Counted from the stretch's first letter, positions 18,964-28,485 are shown. The stretch is 64,000 bases of DNA from an uncultured cyanobacterium (GCA_963719515.1 CAVRCJ010000011.1:435035-499034); one strand, 5' to 3'. Program-made: numbers and translations. Notes: generated by a model not told the origin, from the sequence alone.

Positions 18964-19343
18964 ATGGTATCTCAATATAATTCGCTGCCCTTGGCTCAAG
19001 AGGCAGCAAAGATCGCTATAGCCCAGCAGCTCGCGGCAGACCAGGCCGCGCGGCTTGCTTCTCCCACCGAAGCAGAGCCCCACATCCCTGCGCTAATCGA
19101 GCCTGCCCCCGCGCCAGGGTGTGTTGGTCCCTTCAGGACCAGTCGCAGACTCACACCTGCGTCACATCATTATCGGCTCCCCCGACGGCGTGCGCCACGC
19201 CATTGAGCGGCTACATGTGCTGCAGTACGTCGAGGGGCGGCTGCTGGACGCCGCTGATTGCTATCGGTGATAAAGGCATCCATATCACTCCTGCCCACGG
19301 GCAGGTGCTGAGCTACCTGGTGCAGCAGCGGCCTCTGCGTTAG
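18964..19343 (+). pseudogene. Small protein family copy 2, with two frameshifts (about 19153 and 19235)
   Basis: Reassembled HLRHIIIGSPDGVRHAIERLHVLQYVE...WTPLIAIGDKGIHITPAHGQVLSYLVQQR aligns with 5557..5835. Confidence 0.7.
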
Positions 19344-19486
19344 TCACGGGGGGGCGATCGCTGCGAATACTGCAATAGAACAGACGTCTTTCCATATCAG
19401 CCAAAAGTCTCCTAGACAAGGAGTCTGCACAGCGCAGCAGTCTCCTGCGATAGAGTGAATGATATTGATTCTCTCTGTAACCCCTT

Positions 19487-21295
19487 GTGACAGCCCCCTC
19501 CCTTCATCCCCAACGGCGCGACGACAACGACTGGCAGCTCGTCAAAATGCTGCTCCCCTACGCCAAGCGCCACAAGCGACTGTTAGCGATCGCCCTGCTG
19601 CTGCTCGTACCCCTCTCCGTAGCAGAGGCCGTGCAGCCCATCGTGGTAGGGCAGGCGGTGTCGCTGATTCGCGGCGAGCCAGTAGCCGCTTTCTTACAGG
19701 AGCTCACTCTAGCCGTGGGGCTGAGATTGCTGGTGGGGCTGCTGGCCCTCACCATCGCAGTGCGGCTGGCCCTCAGCGGCTTCCAGGGCTACCAGGTGCA
19801 AAAGGTAGGGCAGCTGATTACCCAAGACGTGCGCAACGACCTGTTCGACCACGTCACCTCCCTCGCCGCCCGCTTCTTCGACCGCACCCCGGTAGGTCGC
19901 CTAATCACCCGCCTCACCAGCGACGTGGAGGCCTTGGGGGACGTATTCTCCACGGGGGCGATCGGCATTGTGTCGGACCTGTTCACCATGCTGATTATCG
20001 CAGTGGTGATGTTTTTGGTGCAGTGGCAGCTGGCGCTGCTGCTGGTGGTGGTGCTGATTCCCGTCACTGCCGTCATGATCTACTTTCAGCAGCAGTATCG
20101 CCGCGCCAACTACAAGGCCAGGGAAGAGCTGTCGGTGCTCAACTCTAACCTGCAGGAGAACATCGTTGGCGTTAGCATTGTGCAGCTGTTTCGTCGGGAG
20201 CGATTCAACAGCGAGGCATTTCGCGACATCAACCAGCGCTACGTGGAGCAGGTCGACCGCACCATCTTTTTTGACTCGGCGGTGTCTGCCACTCTGGAGT
20301 GGGTGGGCTTAGCGGCCATCGGCGGGGTGCTGTGGCTGGGGGGACGGCTGGTGCTCGCGGAGTCAATTGAGCTGGGTACCTTGACCACCTTCGTGCTGTT
20401 TGCCCAGCGGTTGTTCAACCCCCTGCGCCAGTTTGCCGAGCGGTTTACGGCGGTGCAGGCAGGGCTGACGGCGCTAGAGCGGGTGAATGACCTGGTGTCT
20501 GAACCTATTGAGATTCAAGACCCGGACAAAGCCATCTCCCCCGCGATTCCAGCCTCTCAGAATGCGGGAGAAATTCGCTTTGAGGACGTCTGGTTTGGCT
20601 ACAAGCCGGACGAGTACGTGCTGAAAGACCTTAGTTTCACGATTCGTCCCGGCGAGAAGGTGGCGATCGTCGGCCCCACGGGTGCGGGGAAAAGCTCCAT
20701 CATTCGGCTGCTCTGTCGGCTGTATGAAGTGAGCCGAGGCCGCATTTTGCTCGATGGAGTCGATATCCGCGACATGGCCCAAGGCGAGCTGCGGCGGCGG
20801 ATGACGGTGATTCTGCAGGAGGGGTTTTTGTTTGCGGGGGATGTGAAGAGCAATATTGCCCTAGGCGAATCTTATTCTCTAGAGGAGATCAAGCGCGCCG
20901 CTGAGCAGACCAACGTCTCGGACTTTATCGAGCAGCTGCCCCAGGGCTATGACACTTCCCTGCGGCAGCGGGGCACCAACCTATCAGGAGGGGAAAAGCA
21001 GCTGCTGGCCTTCGCCCGCGCCGCCGTCCGCAACCCGCCAATTTTGGTGCTTGACGAGGCGACCGCTAACCTAGACGTGGGCACTGAAGCGAAAATTCAG
21101 CAGGCCCTAGAGCGGTTGCTCACGGACCGCACCGCGATCATCATCGCCCACCGCCTCTCTACCATCCGCAATGTGGACCGCATCTTTGTCATGAAGCAGG
21201 GTGAACTGGTGGAGTCGGGATCTCACGATGAGCTGATTCGGGCAGATGGGCTCTACGCTAGTCTCCACAAACAGATGCAGGAGAGCCAGAGCTAA
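19487..21295 (+). CDS. ABC exporter, fused permease/ATPase (MdlB-like)
   Basis: TM domain, GPTGAGKS, LSGGEKQ, ILVLDEAT. Confidence 0.92.
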   Translation: MTAPSLHPQRRDDNDWQLVKMLLPYAKRHKRLLAIALLLLVPLSVAEAVQPIVVGQAVSLIRGEPVAAFLQELTLAVGLRLLVGLLALTIAVRLALSGFQGYQVQKVGQLITQDVRNDLFDHVTSLAARFFDRTPVGRLITRLTSDVEALGDVFSTGAIGIVSDLFTMLIIAVVMFLVQWQLALLLVVVLIPVTAVMIYFQQQYRRANYKAREELSVLNSNLQENIVGVSIVQLFRRERFNSEAFRDINQRYVEQVDRTIFFDSAVSATLEWVGLAAIGGVLWLGGRLVLAESIELGTLTTFVLFAQRLFNPLRQFAERFTAVQAGLTALERVNDLVSEPIEIQDPDKAISPAIPASQNAGEIRFEDVWFGYKPDEYVLKDLSFTIRPGEKVAIVGPTGAGKSSIIRLLCRLYEVSRGRILLDGVDIRDMAQGELRRRMTVILQEGFLFAGDVKSNIALGESYSLEEIKRAAEQTNVSDFIEQLPQGYDTSLRQRGTNLSGGEKQLLAFARAAVRNPPILVLDEATANLDVGTEAKIQQALERLLTDRTAIIIAHRLSTIRNVDRIFVMKQGELVESGSHDELIRADGLYASLHKQMQESQS

Positions 21296-21473
21296 ACCGA
21301 AGTCGAAGCGGCATCCCTGCTAATCACTTGCTCAATCCAAGGACGCATCTTTGAGATACGAGCGGAGTACGCTATCTAGCCGTAGCGCCACGACGACTGA
21401 AGGCATTCGGCTCAAAATAGGCCGAGTCTGCCTGAGGGTCAGCAGGGTCAAGCAGTTTTTGGCGCTTCACCAG

Positions 21474-22202
21474 TCAGGGTTCAGCGTAGCTCATTTCACG
21501 AGCTATCCATGACTGAAACAGGCGATCGCGAATGAGCTGGTGAACCTCATCGGTTAGTTCAGCGGGGATGCGCTCTTCGACGAGCAACAGATCGTATCCC
21601 TGCTCAGATTTGACGGGACCAATTAGCTCTCCCATCTGCCGGCTAAAGGCGACGGCAGCGATCTGCGGGGGCAGAGCCCAGCGGTGGTGACGGCCTTCAT
21701 AGCCGCACTTTAGCCGCCTCGTAGTATCTGTATCGTATAGGTGCGCTGCCTCATAAAAGCTGATCTCATCTTCCTCAATTCTATAAAACAGCTCTTGGGC
21801 AAGGGCGCTATAAGGGACAACGATGCGGTAGAGCGTAATTTGCTCAAATTCAAGCTGGTGTTCAATAAAGTAAGCCTCAACCTCTTCGTCAAATAGAGAC
21901 CCAGCGACATTTTCTGCCAGCAGGCGATCGCGAATTCCGAGTTCCCAGAGCTCCGGGGTAATGAGCTGATCGGCTAGCCAAGCGTAGGTATCGCTGGCAT
22001 TCTCGAGCTGCAGCTGACGGCGTTGACGATCGGCCTCGGCCTGAATCTCGTCCGGCTCTACCGTAATGCCTCGCTCTTGAGCCGCCTGTTCAACAATGTC
22101 TTGAGAAAAAATGCGCTCACAGATCGCTTTGAACTGCAGCTGACGCTTGAGAAAATTGACGATCCTGTCAGAATCGGATGTGATATCGGTCAAACTTTTC
22201 AT
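21474..22202 (-). CDS. PpiC/parvulin-type peptidyl-prolyl isomerase-like protein associated with type I export loci
   Basis: ERGITVEPDEIQAEAD...LAQELFYRIEEDEISFYEAAHLY...IGPVKSEQGY. Confidence 0.8.
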   Translation of the reverse strand: MKSLTDITSDSDRIVNFLKRQLQFKAICERIFSQDIVEQAAQERGITVEPDEIQAEADRQRRQLQLENASDTYAWLADQLITPELWELGIRDRLLAENVAGSLFDEEVEAYFIEHQLEFEQITLYRIVVPYSALAQELFYRIEEDEISFYEAAHLYDTDTTRRLKCGYEGRHHRWALPPQIAAVAFSRQMGELIGPVKSEQGYDLLLVEERIPAELTDEVHQLIRDRLFQSWIAREMSYAEP

Positions 22203-22283
22203 CGTTCTCTCTGCACAACTCGAACGGTATAAGCTCTCTACCTGTTCTCCTTTTCGGGACTATTCTCCTCATCCGCACCGCGC

Positions 22284-23453
22284 TCACCATCCCAATACTG
22301 ATAGATTGAGGGTCGTTTGACCAGAAGAAGTCACGGAATTTAAAGCGATCGCCAGGATATTGCCGCTTGTTCGCTCAATGATGGCAGTAGCTGGCTCATG
22401 GTCGGTACTTCCATTGCTAATCACTCGAAATCGAACGTCGTCCAATTCCACCGCTCTAGGCAGTCTGATGTAGTCGCCTTGAGACGCTTTAAAATCGACG
22501 AGGATATCCGCCCTGCGAGTATTTTGCGCCCCACGTCCCAACACAAACTCGTCAGCGCCACTGCCGCCTCTATACTGATCTTTCCCCCCACGACCAATCA
22601 AGGTATCGTCGCCGCCCTGTCCCATCAGCAGGTCATTCCCCCCACCCCCCACTAGGTGGTCGCTGCCGCCGCCGCCCAGCAGCTTATCGTCACCGCCGCC
22701 GCCGCTAGCCCTATCGTGACCGCCCCCTGTGATGATTAAGTCGTCTCCGGCCTGGCCCGAAGCCCGGTCTTTTCCCGATCCGGTGCGGATAATATCGTTG
22801 CCGCCGCCGCCAAAGACGATATCGCGCCCTTTACCGCTGACAATGCGGTCTCGGCCTTCGCGTCCGCGAAGCCTGTCGCTGCGGTTTGTCCCTCGAATCA
22901 AAACTATTGGCCCCAGAGGCAGAGCATCATCGAGGATTACCGTAGCGCTGGCGTCCGCTCCATCAGCAGTGGCGATCGCTCCTGCCGTAGCGTTGCTGGA
23001 GGTCGCACCGGGTACAAACCCAGAATCGGAGCTGCTGCTGGTCTCGCCATTCGGGGCGGTGGCGGTAGAGTAGCTACGCCCCCCTGCGCCCTCATCATTG
23101 ACGTAAGCGGTGGAGCCGCTGGAGCTACTGGAGCTGCCGCTGGCGGCGCTCGGCAGCGAGGCGGCGGACGAGCTTGGCACCGGGCGGAGCGAGGCGGAGT
23201 CATTTTGGCTGGTGGCTGGGGCGATCGCCTCTGCTGTGGTTGTGGCTGTGTCGTCAGCCCGGCCGCTAGCGCTAGCGGTAGCTGAGCTTGCTCCTGGGGT
23301 AAACACTGCGTCGCTGCTGCGGCTAGTTTGGCCGCTGGCCGAAGTAGCAGTCGCCTGGGATGAGCTTCCAGCCCCTGATGCACTGACGTAGCTAGAGCTG
23401 CTTGAAGAGGAGCTTGCCAGCGAGAATCGGGTTCCGTCTTCACGTTCAAACAT
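22284..23453 (-). CDS. Secreted RTX (hemolysin-type Ca-binding) protein with a duplicated Ser/Ala-rich N-terminal domain
   Basis: About 12 GGxGxD nonapeptide repeats; two similar S-rich modules ending FTPGASSATA and FVPGATSSNA. Confidence 0.85.
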   Translation of the reverse strand: MFEREDGTRFSLASSSSSSSSYVSASGAGSSSQATATSASGQTSRSSDAVFTPGASSATASASGRADDTATTTAEAIAPATSQNDSASLRPVPSSSAASLPSAASGSSSSSSGSTAYVNDEGAGGRSYSTATAPNGETSSSSDSGFVPGATSSNATAGAIATADGADASATVILDDALPLGPIVLIRGTNRSDRLRGREGRDRIVSGKGRDIVFGGGGNDIIRTGSGKDRASGQAGDDLIITGGGHDRASGGGGDDKLLGGGGSDHLVGGGGNDLLMGQGGDDTLIGRGGKDQYRGGSGADEFVLGRGAQNTRRADILVDFKASQGDYIRLPRAVELDDVRFRVISNGSTDHEPATAIIERTSGNILAIALNSVTSSGQTTLNLSVLGW

Positions 23454-23539
23454 TGGAGTTATCTTTCCTCAATTAACTGTAAGCTTTAGAGGTAAAAACC
23501 AACAGCTTACTAATAGTAAATCAAGCAAAATAGGCATGT

Positions 23540-23552
23540 GGCCAAATTGGCA
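23540..23552 (-). promoter_or_regulatory. TGCCA-N3-TGGCA-like site upstream of the RTX gene
   Basis: GGCCAAATTGGCA (one mismatch); TACTAT 21 nt downstream on the minus strand. Confidence 0.6.
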
Positions 23553-23768
23553 GATTCTTTAATTCACGCAAGTTTTTAGCTATTCAATCGAGAGGAAAGA
23601 CGTAGCCTAACTCGCGCGAATCATTCGGAGTTTTCGCATCTAAGACGTTAATTTCCTTTAAATCGTAGGTGCTCAAGCGGTGCGTCTGGCGATCGTGGTG
23701 TATGCTGACTTCAGTAAGTTCGATAAGGCCGTTGTTCGTTTTTTATCTTTTGCGAAGCAGCTAAGCCG

Positions 23769-23950
23769 ATGTAAATTCGGAACCTTGCCTGCTGGCATTA
23801 CTTCTGAGACTGATTCAGCAAAGCTAAAAATCAGGCTACCGGTGGTGAATGAGTTACTGCGTTTGCCGATGCTTATACCAAACCGGGTTTTGCAAACGCA
23901 GGGGCTGATGCTGTAGCCCTTGGCGACATTACCCTAGACGGGGTTCAATC
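23769..23950 (+). pseudogene. Decayed double-glycine-leader small protein (paralog of 24253..24579)
   Basis: In-frame M*IRNLACWHYF*D*FSKAKNQATGG-E*VTAFADAYTKPGFANAGADAVALGDIT. Confidence 0.6.
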
Positions 23951-24050
23951 TGCACCTTTCAAAACCAGACTGGCGATCGCCTCTGCTACAGGCTCGTGGT
24001 CAATTATTGTCCTACGCTTTTATTATCGCAGCGTTTTAGCGTCGGGTAGA

Positions 24051-24063
24051 TGCCAGTTTGGCA
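24051..24063 (+). promoter_or_regulatory. TGCCA-N3-TGGCA palindrome
   Basis: TGCCAGTTTGGCA; TATTCT 23 nt downstream. Confidence 0.65.
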
Positions 24064-24252
24064 ACCTGGACTGTGCTTAATACTGATATTCTACGTGAAT
24101 CTTTTGAATCAAATAGTTACGTAAGTGAGTGCTCAAAATTAAACGTATGGATAGGCGCTCTCAGCGGAAAAATTATCCTGATGGCATCGTTCACTTATAG
24201 CTCCTTACTTGTTTGATCCGTACTAAATGAAACACTGGAGTTGCCAAAGCCA

Positions 24253-24579
24253 ATGAAAATTATAGACCTCGATCACTGCAGTGTTCTAACGCCAGCATAT
24301 TCTCAAAGCTTGACTAGTCAGTCTGTCGCTGGTGGGGCAGCGGCCACCACGGATGTCGATACCTACGCTGGTGATGGCTTAGCCTCTGCCTCTGCTAGCG
24401 CAAACGCGCTTGGTGATTATTCAAGAACATATACATCAACTCGAACAAGCAGCCGTAAAACCCGTCATGGCTCGTTTTCCTGGGCGATCGCTATTGCGCA
24501 CTCAGTCGCGCGTTCGAGGTCTGATGTCGCCATATCTTCGTCCTTGGAGAGTTCCGTATCGTCAAACAGTTTTCGTTGA
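24253..24579 (+). CDS. Small secreted Ser/Ala-rich protein with double-glycine leader
   Basis: MKIIDLDHC...SQSVAGG leader, then ASASASANALGDYSRTYTST. Confidence 0.75.
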   Translation: MKIIDLDHCSVLTPAYSQSLTSQSVAGGAAATTDVDTYAGDGLASASASANALGDYSRTYTSTRTSSRKTRHGSFSWAIAIAHSVARSRSDVAISSSLESSVSSNSFR

Positions 24580-24819
24580 TGCTCTGTCTCAGAAAGAATA
24601 AGGTCTATTAAGACAGACAAGTTAGATCAGCTGATGGTTTATAGAAGATGAGGGCAAGCTTTCGAACGGTGGGTAGAGAATTTCGCGGCTGGCGCAAAAG
24701 ACGCTGTCTCTAAGGCTCTGTCTAAGGCTCTGGGCAATCACATTAACGCTATTTGGTACTTCACCACCGCTACAACGCATCCCTTACGCCTTCAGGACTA
24801 CTAGCTAGCTTCTATATCG

Positions 24820-24832
24820 TGCCAAATTGGCA
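24820..24832 (+). promoter_or_regulatory. TGCCA-N3-TGGCA palindrome
   Basis: TGCCAAATTGGCA; TATTAT 22 nt downstream. Confidence 0.7.
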
Positions 24833-24908
24833 CCTCTCTATGCTTATAGGTATCTATTATTTCAGTATGTCACTTTAGTAAACTGGCGATGCGACAAGGA
24901 GCATAAAG

Positions 24909-25196
24909 ATGCATATTACTGACTTGGAACACAAACAAACCTTATTGCCGCAGTCATCAATAACAGGAGGAGAACTGCCGGTTGAGTTTTTCAGACAAAG
25001 AATCAACGCTTTAAAGCAAGGAATTAGTCTCTCGTCTCAAGATATAACGTCTCGTAGGCGGAATTTTGACGGCGGAAGCTTGGCCTCTAGCCGAAGCTCT
25101 GGAGGTAACTTTTCGCGAACTAGAATTCTTGTTCCTACTGGGTCAGATGTTACCGCCGTTGTTATTCAAGCAGTTGCGCCCAGCTCAAACTCTTGA
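24909..25196 (+). CDS. Small secreted protein with double-glycine leader
   Basis: MHITDLEHKQTLLPQSSITGG leader; RBS AAGGAG. Confidence 0.75.
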   Translation: MHITDLEHKQTLLPQSSITGGELPVEFFRQRINALKQGISLSSQDITSRRRNFDGGSLASSRSSGGNFSRTRILVPTGSDVTAVVIQAVAPSSNS

Positions 25197-25344
25197 GCAA
25201 GGGGCCATAGTTAAGCGATGCTAAACCTCGTCTGACTCGAAAGTTGCGGTTTTTGTCTGGCTTTGAAAAGCTCTCAAGCGTAGCGCTTCAGCTTTGAAGC
25301 GCAGACTCCCAAAAACTCCTGGCCTCAACATAGACGACATGGCT

Positions 25345-25455
25345 TATTGAGGGGAGCGCCCAGGCACTCCTCTCAATAGCTATTTCATCCGTATGCATTC
25401 ACCCATAAATCAGGCGTTTAGAGGTCACCTATAACTATGGGCGACCTCTAAACGC
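25345..25455. terminator. Two intergenic stem-loops (terminator or RNA-stability elements)
   Basis: TATTGAGGGGAG...CTCCTCTCAATA and GCGTTTAGAGGTC...GACCTCTAAACGC. Confidence 0.5.
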
Positions 25456-25652
25456 TCTTTAAAGGCACCACAGTGTCGGTGCTGAGATAGTCTTTTGGAA
25501 TAATTTTGATTTGATCTGGTCTATTGGATTCATAAGAAGCGGATAAAACAATAGCACACCAAGCCGCTTATCGTCTTTATATGGACATAAAAACATAAGC
25601 GCCTTGAGGTTAGTTTATTATCAATTTAAAGACGCCTATTTGCCTTAAATTC

Positions 25653-25665
25653 TGCCATTTTGGCA
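25653..25665 (+). promoter_or_regulatory. TGCCA-N3-TGGCA palindrome
   Basis: TGCCATTTTGGCA; TATTAT 22 nt and TATAAT 25 nt downstream. Confidence 0.7.
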
Positions 25666-25752
25666 ACCAATAAATCCGTATTTTAATTATTATAATAGTG
25701 TCAGTAATAAAGCTGACAAGTTTAGCAAAAGACATTGAATGGAGACAAAATC

Positions 25753-26070
25753 ATGATTATTTTTGACCTAAGCTATCTTGAAACTGCTGGTGAAGACGTT
25801 CTTGGCAGCCGCGGTCGCCGGCGTCATGGTGGTGGTTACGATGTTGACGGTCGCATCAACATCAGAAAGCATGTCAATATCAACGTTAACGTCTACGAAA
25901 CCTACGATAAGGCTGTCTATGGATACGTTGAGATTTACGGCAATCTAGCTACTGCCGAAGCTGGGGCTTCTGCTAAGGGATACAACTCGCTCTCCGAAAC
26001 CATCACCTTTACAGATGCCACATACGGCGGCTCCGAGTCCTACAGTGGTTCCGTCTCTGCCGTTAATTAG
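25753..26070 (+). CDS. Small secreted beta-strand-rich protein with a GG/GS-type leader
   Basis: MIIFDLSYLETAGEDVLGS leader; alternating-pattern core VNINVNVY...ATAEAGASAKG...SETITFT; RBS GGAG. Confidence 0.8.
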   Translation: MIIFDLSYLETAGEDVLGSRGRRRHGGGYDVDGRINIRKHVNINVNVYETYDKAVYGYVEIYGNLATAEAGASAKGYNSLSETITFTDATYGGSESYSGSVSAVN

Positions 26071-26104
26071 TTGGTTAGCTGGCTAAAATGTAGAGTTTCG
26101 AGCT

Positions 26105-26226
26105 CAGATAAGCTGACTCCAGATGCCATTCTGTGAGTCAGCTTATCTGTGGCATTGGCTATATCGAGACCAAAGTAGAAAAAGGCGCTGAAGGTCGTCT
26201 ACTCTGCTTGAGTGACCTTCAGCGCC
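26105..26226. terminator. Paired stem-loops between convergent genes
   Basis: CAGATAAGCTGACTC...GAGTCAGCTTATCTG and GGCGCTGAAGGTC...GACCTTCAGCGCC preceded by an A-run (U-tract on the minus strand). Confidence 0.65.
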
Positions 26227-26273
26227 GCGCTATTTATTTATAGCCATGTACGAGCAATCTTAGGCAGCTATTT

Positions 26274-26627
26274 TTAACAGGCTTCGTCGAAATAAGACCA
26301 TAAAGAATAACAGCTAGATATTCCACCAACTACACCGGAAGACTGATTCCTGACTGAGTCTATGTAGTTGAGGTCACGAATAGAATGAGAGGCTTTTCGA
26401 GAAGATACTTGTTCTTTCTGAGCAGATTTAGGCTGCTTCAAGCAGTTATCCTTCATCAATCTGTTGTACGTCCTGTAGGGAATATAATGGAGTGGGTTAT
26501 AGCCTGCAAACCGCAAGATCAAGACGCAGGCCCAGGAATATTTACCGTTGAGGATGGCCTCAACGACCTGCGTAAACTGCTCGGGGGTCATTGCTTTACT
26601 CAGTTCGCGATCGCAATCTAACGTCAT
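26274..26627 (-). CDS. hetP: HetP family protein
   Basis: [45 protein letters not shown], the HetP signature; RBS AGGAGG. Confidence 0.9.
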   Translation of the reverse strand: MTLDCDRELSKAMTPEQFTQVVEAILNGKYSWACVLILRFAGYNPLHYIPYRTYNRLMKDNCLKQPKSAQKEQVSSRKASHSIRDLNYIDSVRNQSSGVVGGISSCYSLWSYFDEAC

Positions 26628-26699
26628 GTGTAATTGCCTCCTTTAAAACCGGTTCTAAAAAGTATTTGATCAGCTATATCTATAGGGTTGTGAATAGCA

Positions 26700-28079
26700 T
26701 TAGAGATTGATGCCGCCTTCCTGAAGCTGTCGAATGGGGTCAAGCAGCAAATCGAGAATGCGCTGCCGCCGAACCACGATCTCAGCGCTAGCGGTTTGTC
26801 CTGCCTGAAGCACAACGGGCTGATTTTCGTGAATAACGTGATTTCGCTCTAGAGCAATATCGACGTCATAGATAGCCCCGAGCTGCTCATTCACTTCAGC
26901 ATCAGGGGAAATCGAAATGACGGTCCCCAAAACCACGCCATAGTCCTGATAAGGAAAGGCGTCGAACTTGATGTTGACTGCCATCCCTTTTGTGATCAGG
27001 CCTGCTTCGCGGCTGGGCAAAGCTGCTGAGAGAATTAAAGGGGCTTCGCTAGGTGCAATCTCAGCCACGGTCTGACCAGATTGCACCAGCTCTCCAGTAT
27101 TTTCCACATCCAGCGACAGTACTAGGCCATCGAAAGGCGCATAGATGAACATCTGATTCAGCTTTGTCTCTGCTGCTTTGAGCAGCGTTTCTGCCTCTGC
27201 AAGGCTAGCCTGAACTGTTTCAGCTTCCCGCTCGAGCTCGTGGAGCCGTTGCTGGAGTTCAACCTGGCTGCGCTGGCCCTCGGCCTGCTGGCGCATGAGC
27301 TGCGACCTCAGGCGATCGCTCTCCACTAAAGTTTTCTCTAAATTGCCCTTGCTCTGCGTGATGGCCTGTTCGCTCTCGCGAATTGATTGCTCTACCTGAA
27401 ATAGCTGGTCGGCGGCGATCGCCCCCACCTCAACGAGCGGCTGCAGCCGTTCAAGGCGCATCCTGTGGGCGTCCATTTCGGTGTCAAGATGCCCTAGCAT
27501 TTGACGGGTGGTGCTCGCGTCCGTCTCGGTCTCCACAATGGCCTCCCGCTGAGCCTCAACGTCAGCTCCCGCGATCGCCGAGCGCACGCCCGTCTCAAAT
27601 TGAGTGCGCTCAACTAGCGCCTCAATCTGCAAAAGCTGAGAGCGATAGGACGCGATACTCTGCTCTAGCCGCTCAATCTCTGTCTGCTGTAGGCGGGTAT
27701 CTAGAGCGGCAATCAGCTGTCCCTTTTCGACCGCATTCCCTTCCTCAACTAGGATTTGCGCCACCTCGCCCTCAACCATGGGCTGCAGCTTGTGAGTTTC
27801 CCCCAAGGGCACGAGCTGCCCTTGGGCGTGGCTGACGTGCTGGACTCGCCCGAACCAAGCCCAGCAGCCAACGACGCAGCTGAACGCAACCCCACCCAAT
27901 AAAAGCCGTTTTGACAGCGCTGCCGGGGGGCGATCTAACGTCGATTGAAGGGCGGCGCTCCAGACAGAAGGTGGCTGAGTATCAGATTTGACTGCAGAGG
28001 ACGATGAAGACTGCGATAATTGTGTCCTAGGCTCATTCAGGGTAGCTGCTGTAGAGCTAGCAGACTGAGATGAAGTCAT
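26700..28079 (-). CDS. HlyD family type I secretion membrane fusion protein
   Basis: TM helix, long coiled coil, IYAPFDG, KFDAFPYQDYG, GQTASAEIV. Confidence 0.92.
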   Translation of the reverse strand: MTSSQSASSTAATLNEPRTQLSQSSSSSAVKSDTQPPSVWSAALQSTLDRPPAALSKRLLLGGVAFSCVVGCWAWFGRVQHVSHAQGQLVPLGETHKLQPMVEGEVAQILVEEGNAVEKGQLIAALDTRLQQTEIERLEQSIASYRSQLLQIEALVERTQFETGVRSAIAGADVEAQREAIVETETDASTTRQMLGHLDTEMDAHRMRLERLQPLVEVGAIAADQLFQVEQSIRESEQAITQSKGNLEKTLVESDRLRSQLMRQQAEGQRSQVELQQRLHELEREAETVQASLAEAETLLKAAETKLNQMFIYAPFDGLVLSLDVENTGELVQSGQTVAEIAPSEAPLILSAALPSREAGLITKGMAVNIKFDAFPYQDYGVVLGTVISISPDAEVNEQLGAIYDVDIALERNHVIHENQPVVLQAGQTASAEIVVRRQRILDLLLDPIRQLQEGGINL

Positions 28080-28314
28080 AATCAATTCCAACTAATGGAC
28101 ATTGCAGGCGATCGCGAGTGGTGCGGCTTCGTCGCCCATTTGAGTAGGGGTCAGGTCACTCGAAAGTGCTGCCGGTCAGAAAGTTCTGTCAATGCTTGCC
28201 CAGGCTATGGGAGCCAAAAAGTCTCCTGAAAGACATCAATACTGCACGGCAATGGGCCAATGCCGTAGATAGACCGTATATAGAAAAATCATAGAGGGCT
28301 CCTTGGGGTGGGCC

Positions 28315-28327
28315 TGCCAAAATGGCA
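28315..28327 (-). promoter_or_regulatory. TGCCA-N3-TGGCA palindrome upstream of hlyD-hetP
   Basis: TGCCAAAATGGCA; TATGAT 21 nt downstream on the minus strand. Confidence 0.7.
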
Positions 28328-28485
28328 TTCTCGCAACATATTTCCATACTTATCTGCTTGAAAGCAACATTTATACAGAGGGCGTTACTGTGCAAAGAGC
28401 AAATGCGTTGAGTGATGCTACGTTTGTCGCTAAGGGTTAGGCCGCTATGGCCGCTGTATAGCGTTAGGCCACTCAAGACTAACCA

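Noticed and set aside
23680..23916. 78-aa ORF from the track
   Set aside because: Overlaps the decayed GG-leader gene in another frame and has no recognisable motif
24253..26070. Bacteriocin or lanthipeptide precursors
   Set aside because: No modifying enzymes or immunity genes nearby; the cores lack Cys and are long and Ser/Ala-rich. Unmodified class II activity is not strictly excluded
28141..28165. HetR box upstream of hlyD-hetP (GGGGTCAGGTCACTC)
   Set aside because: Does not fit GGG-N5-CCC; only the left half resembles it
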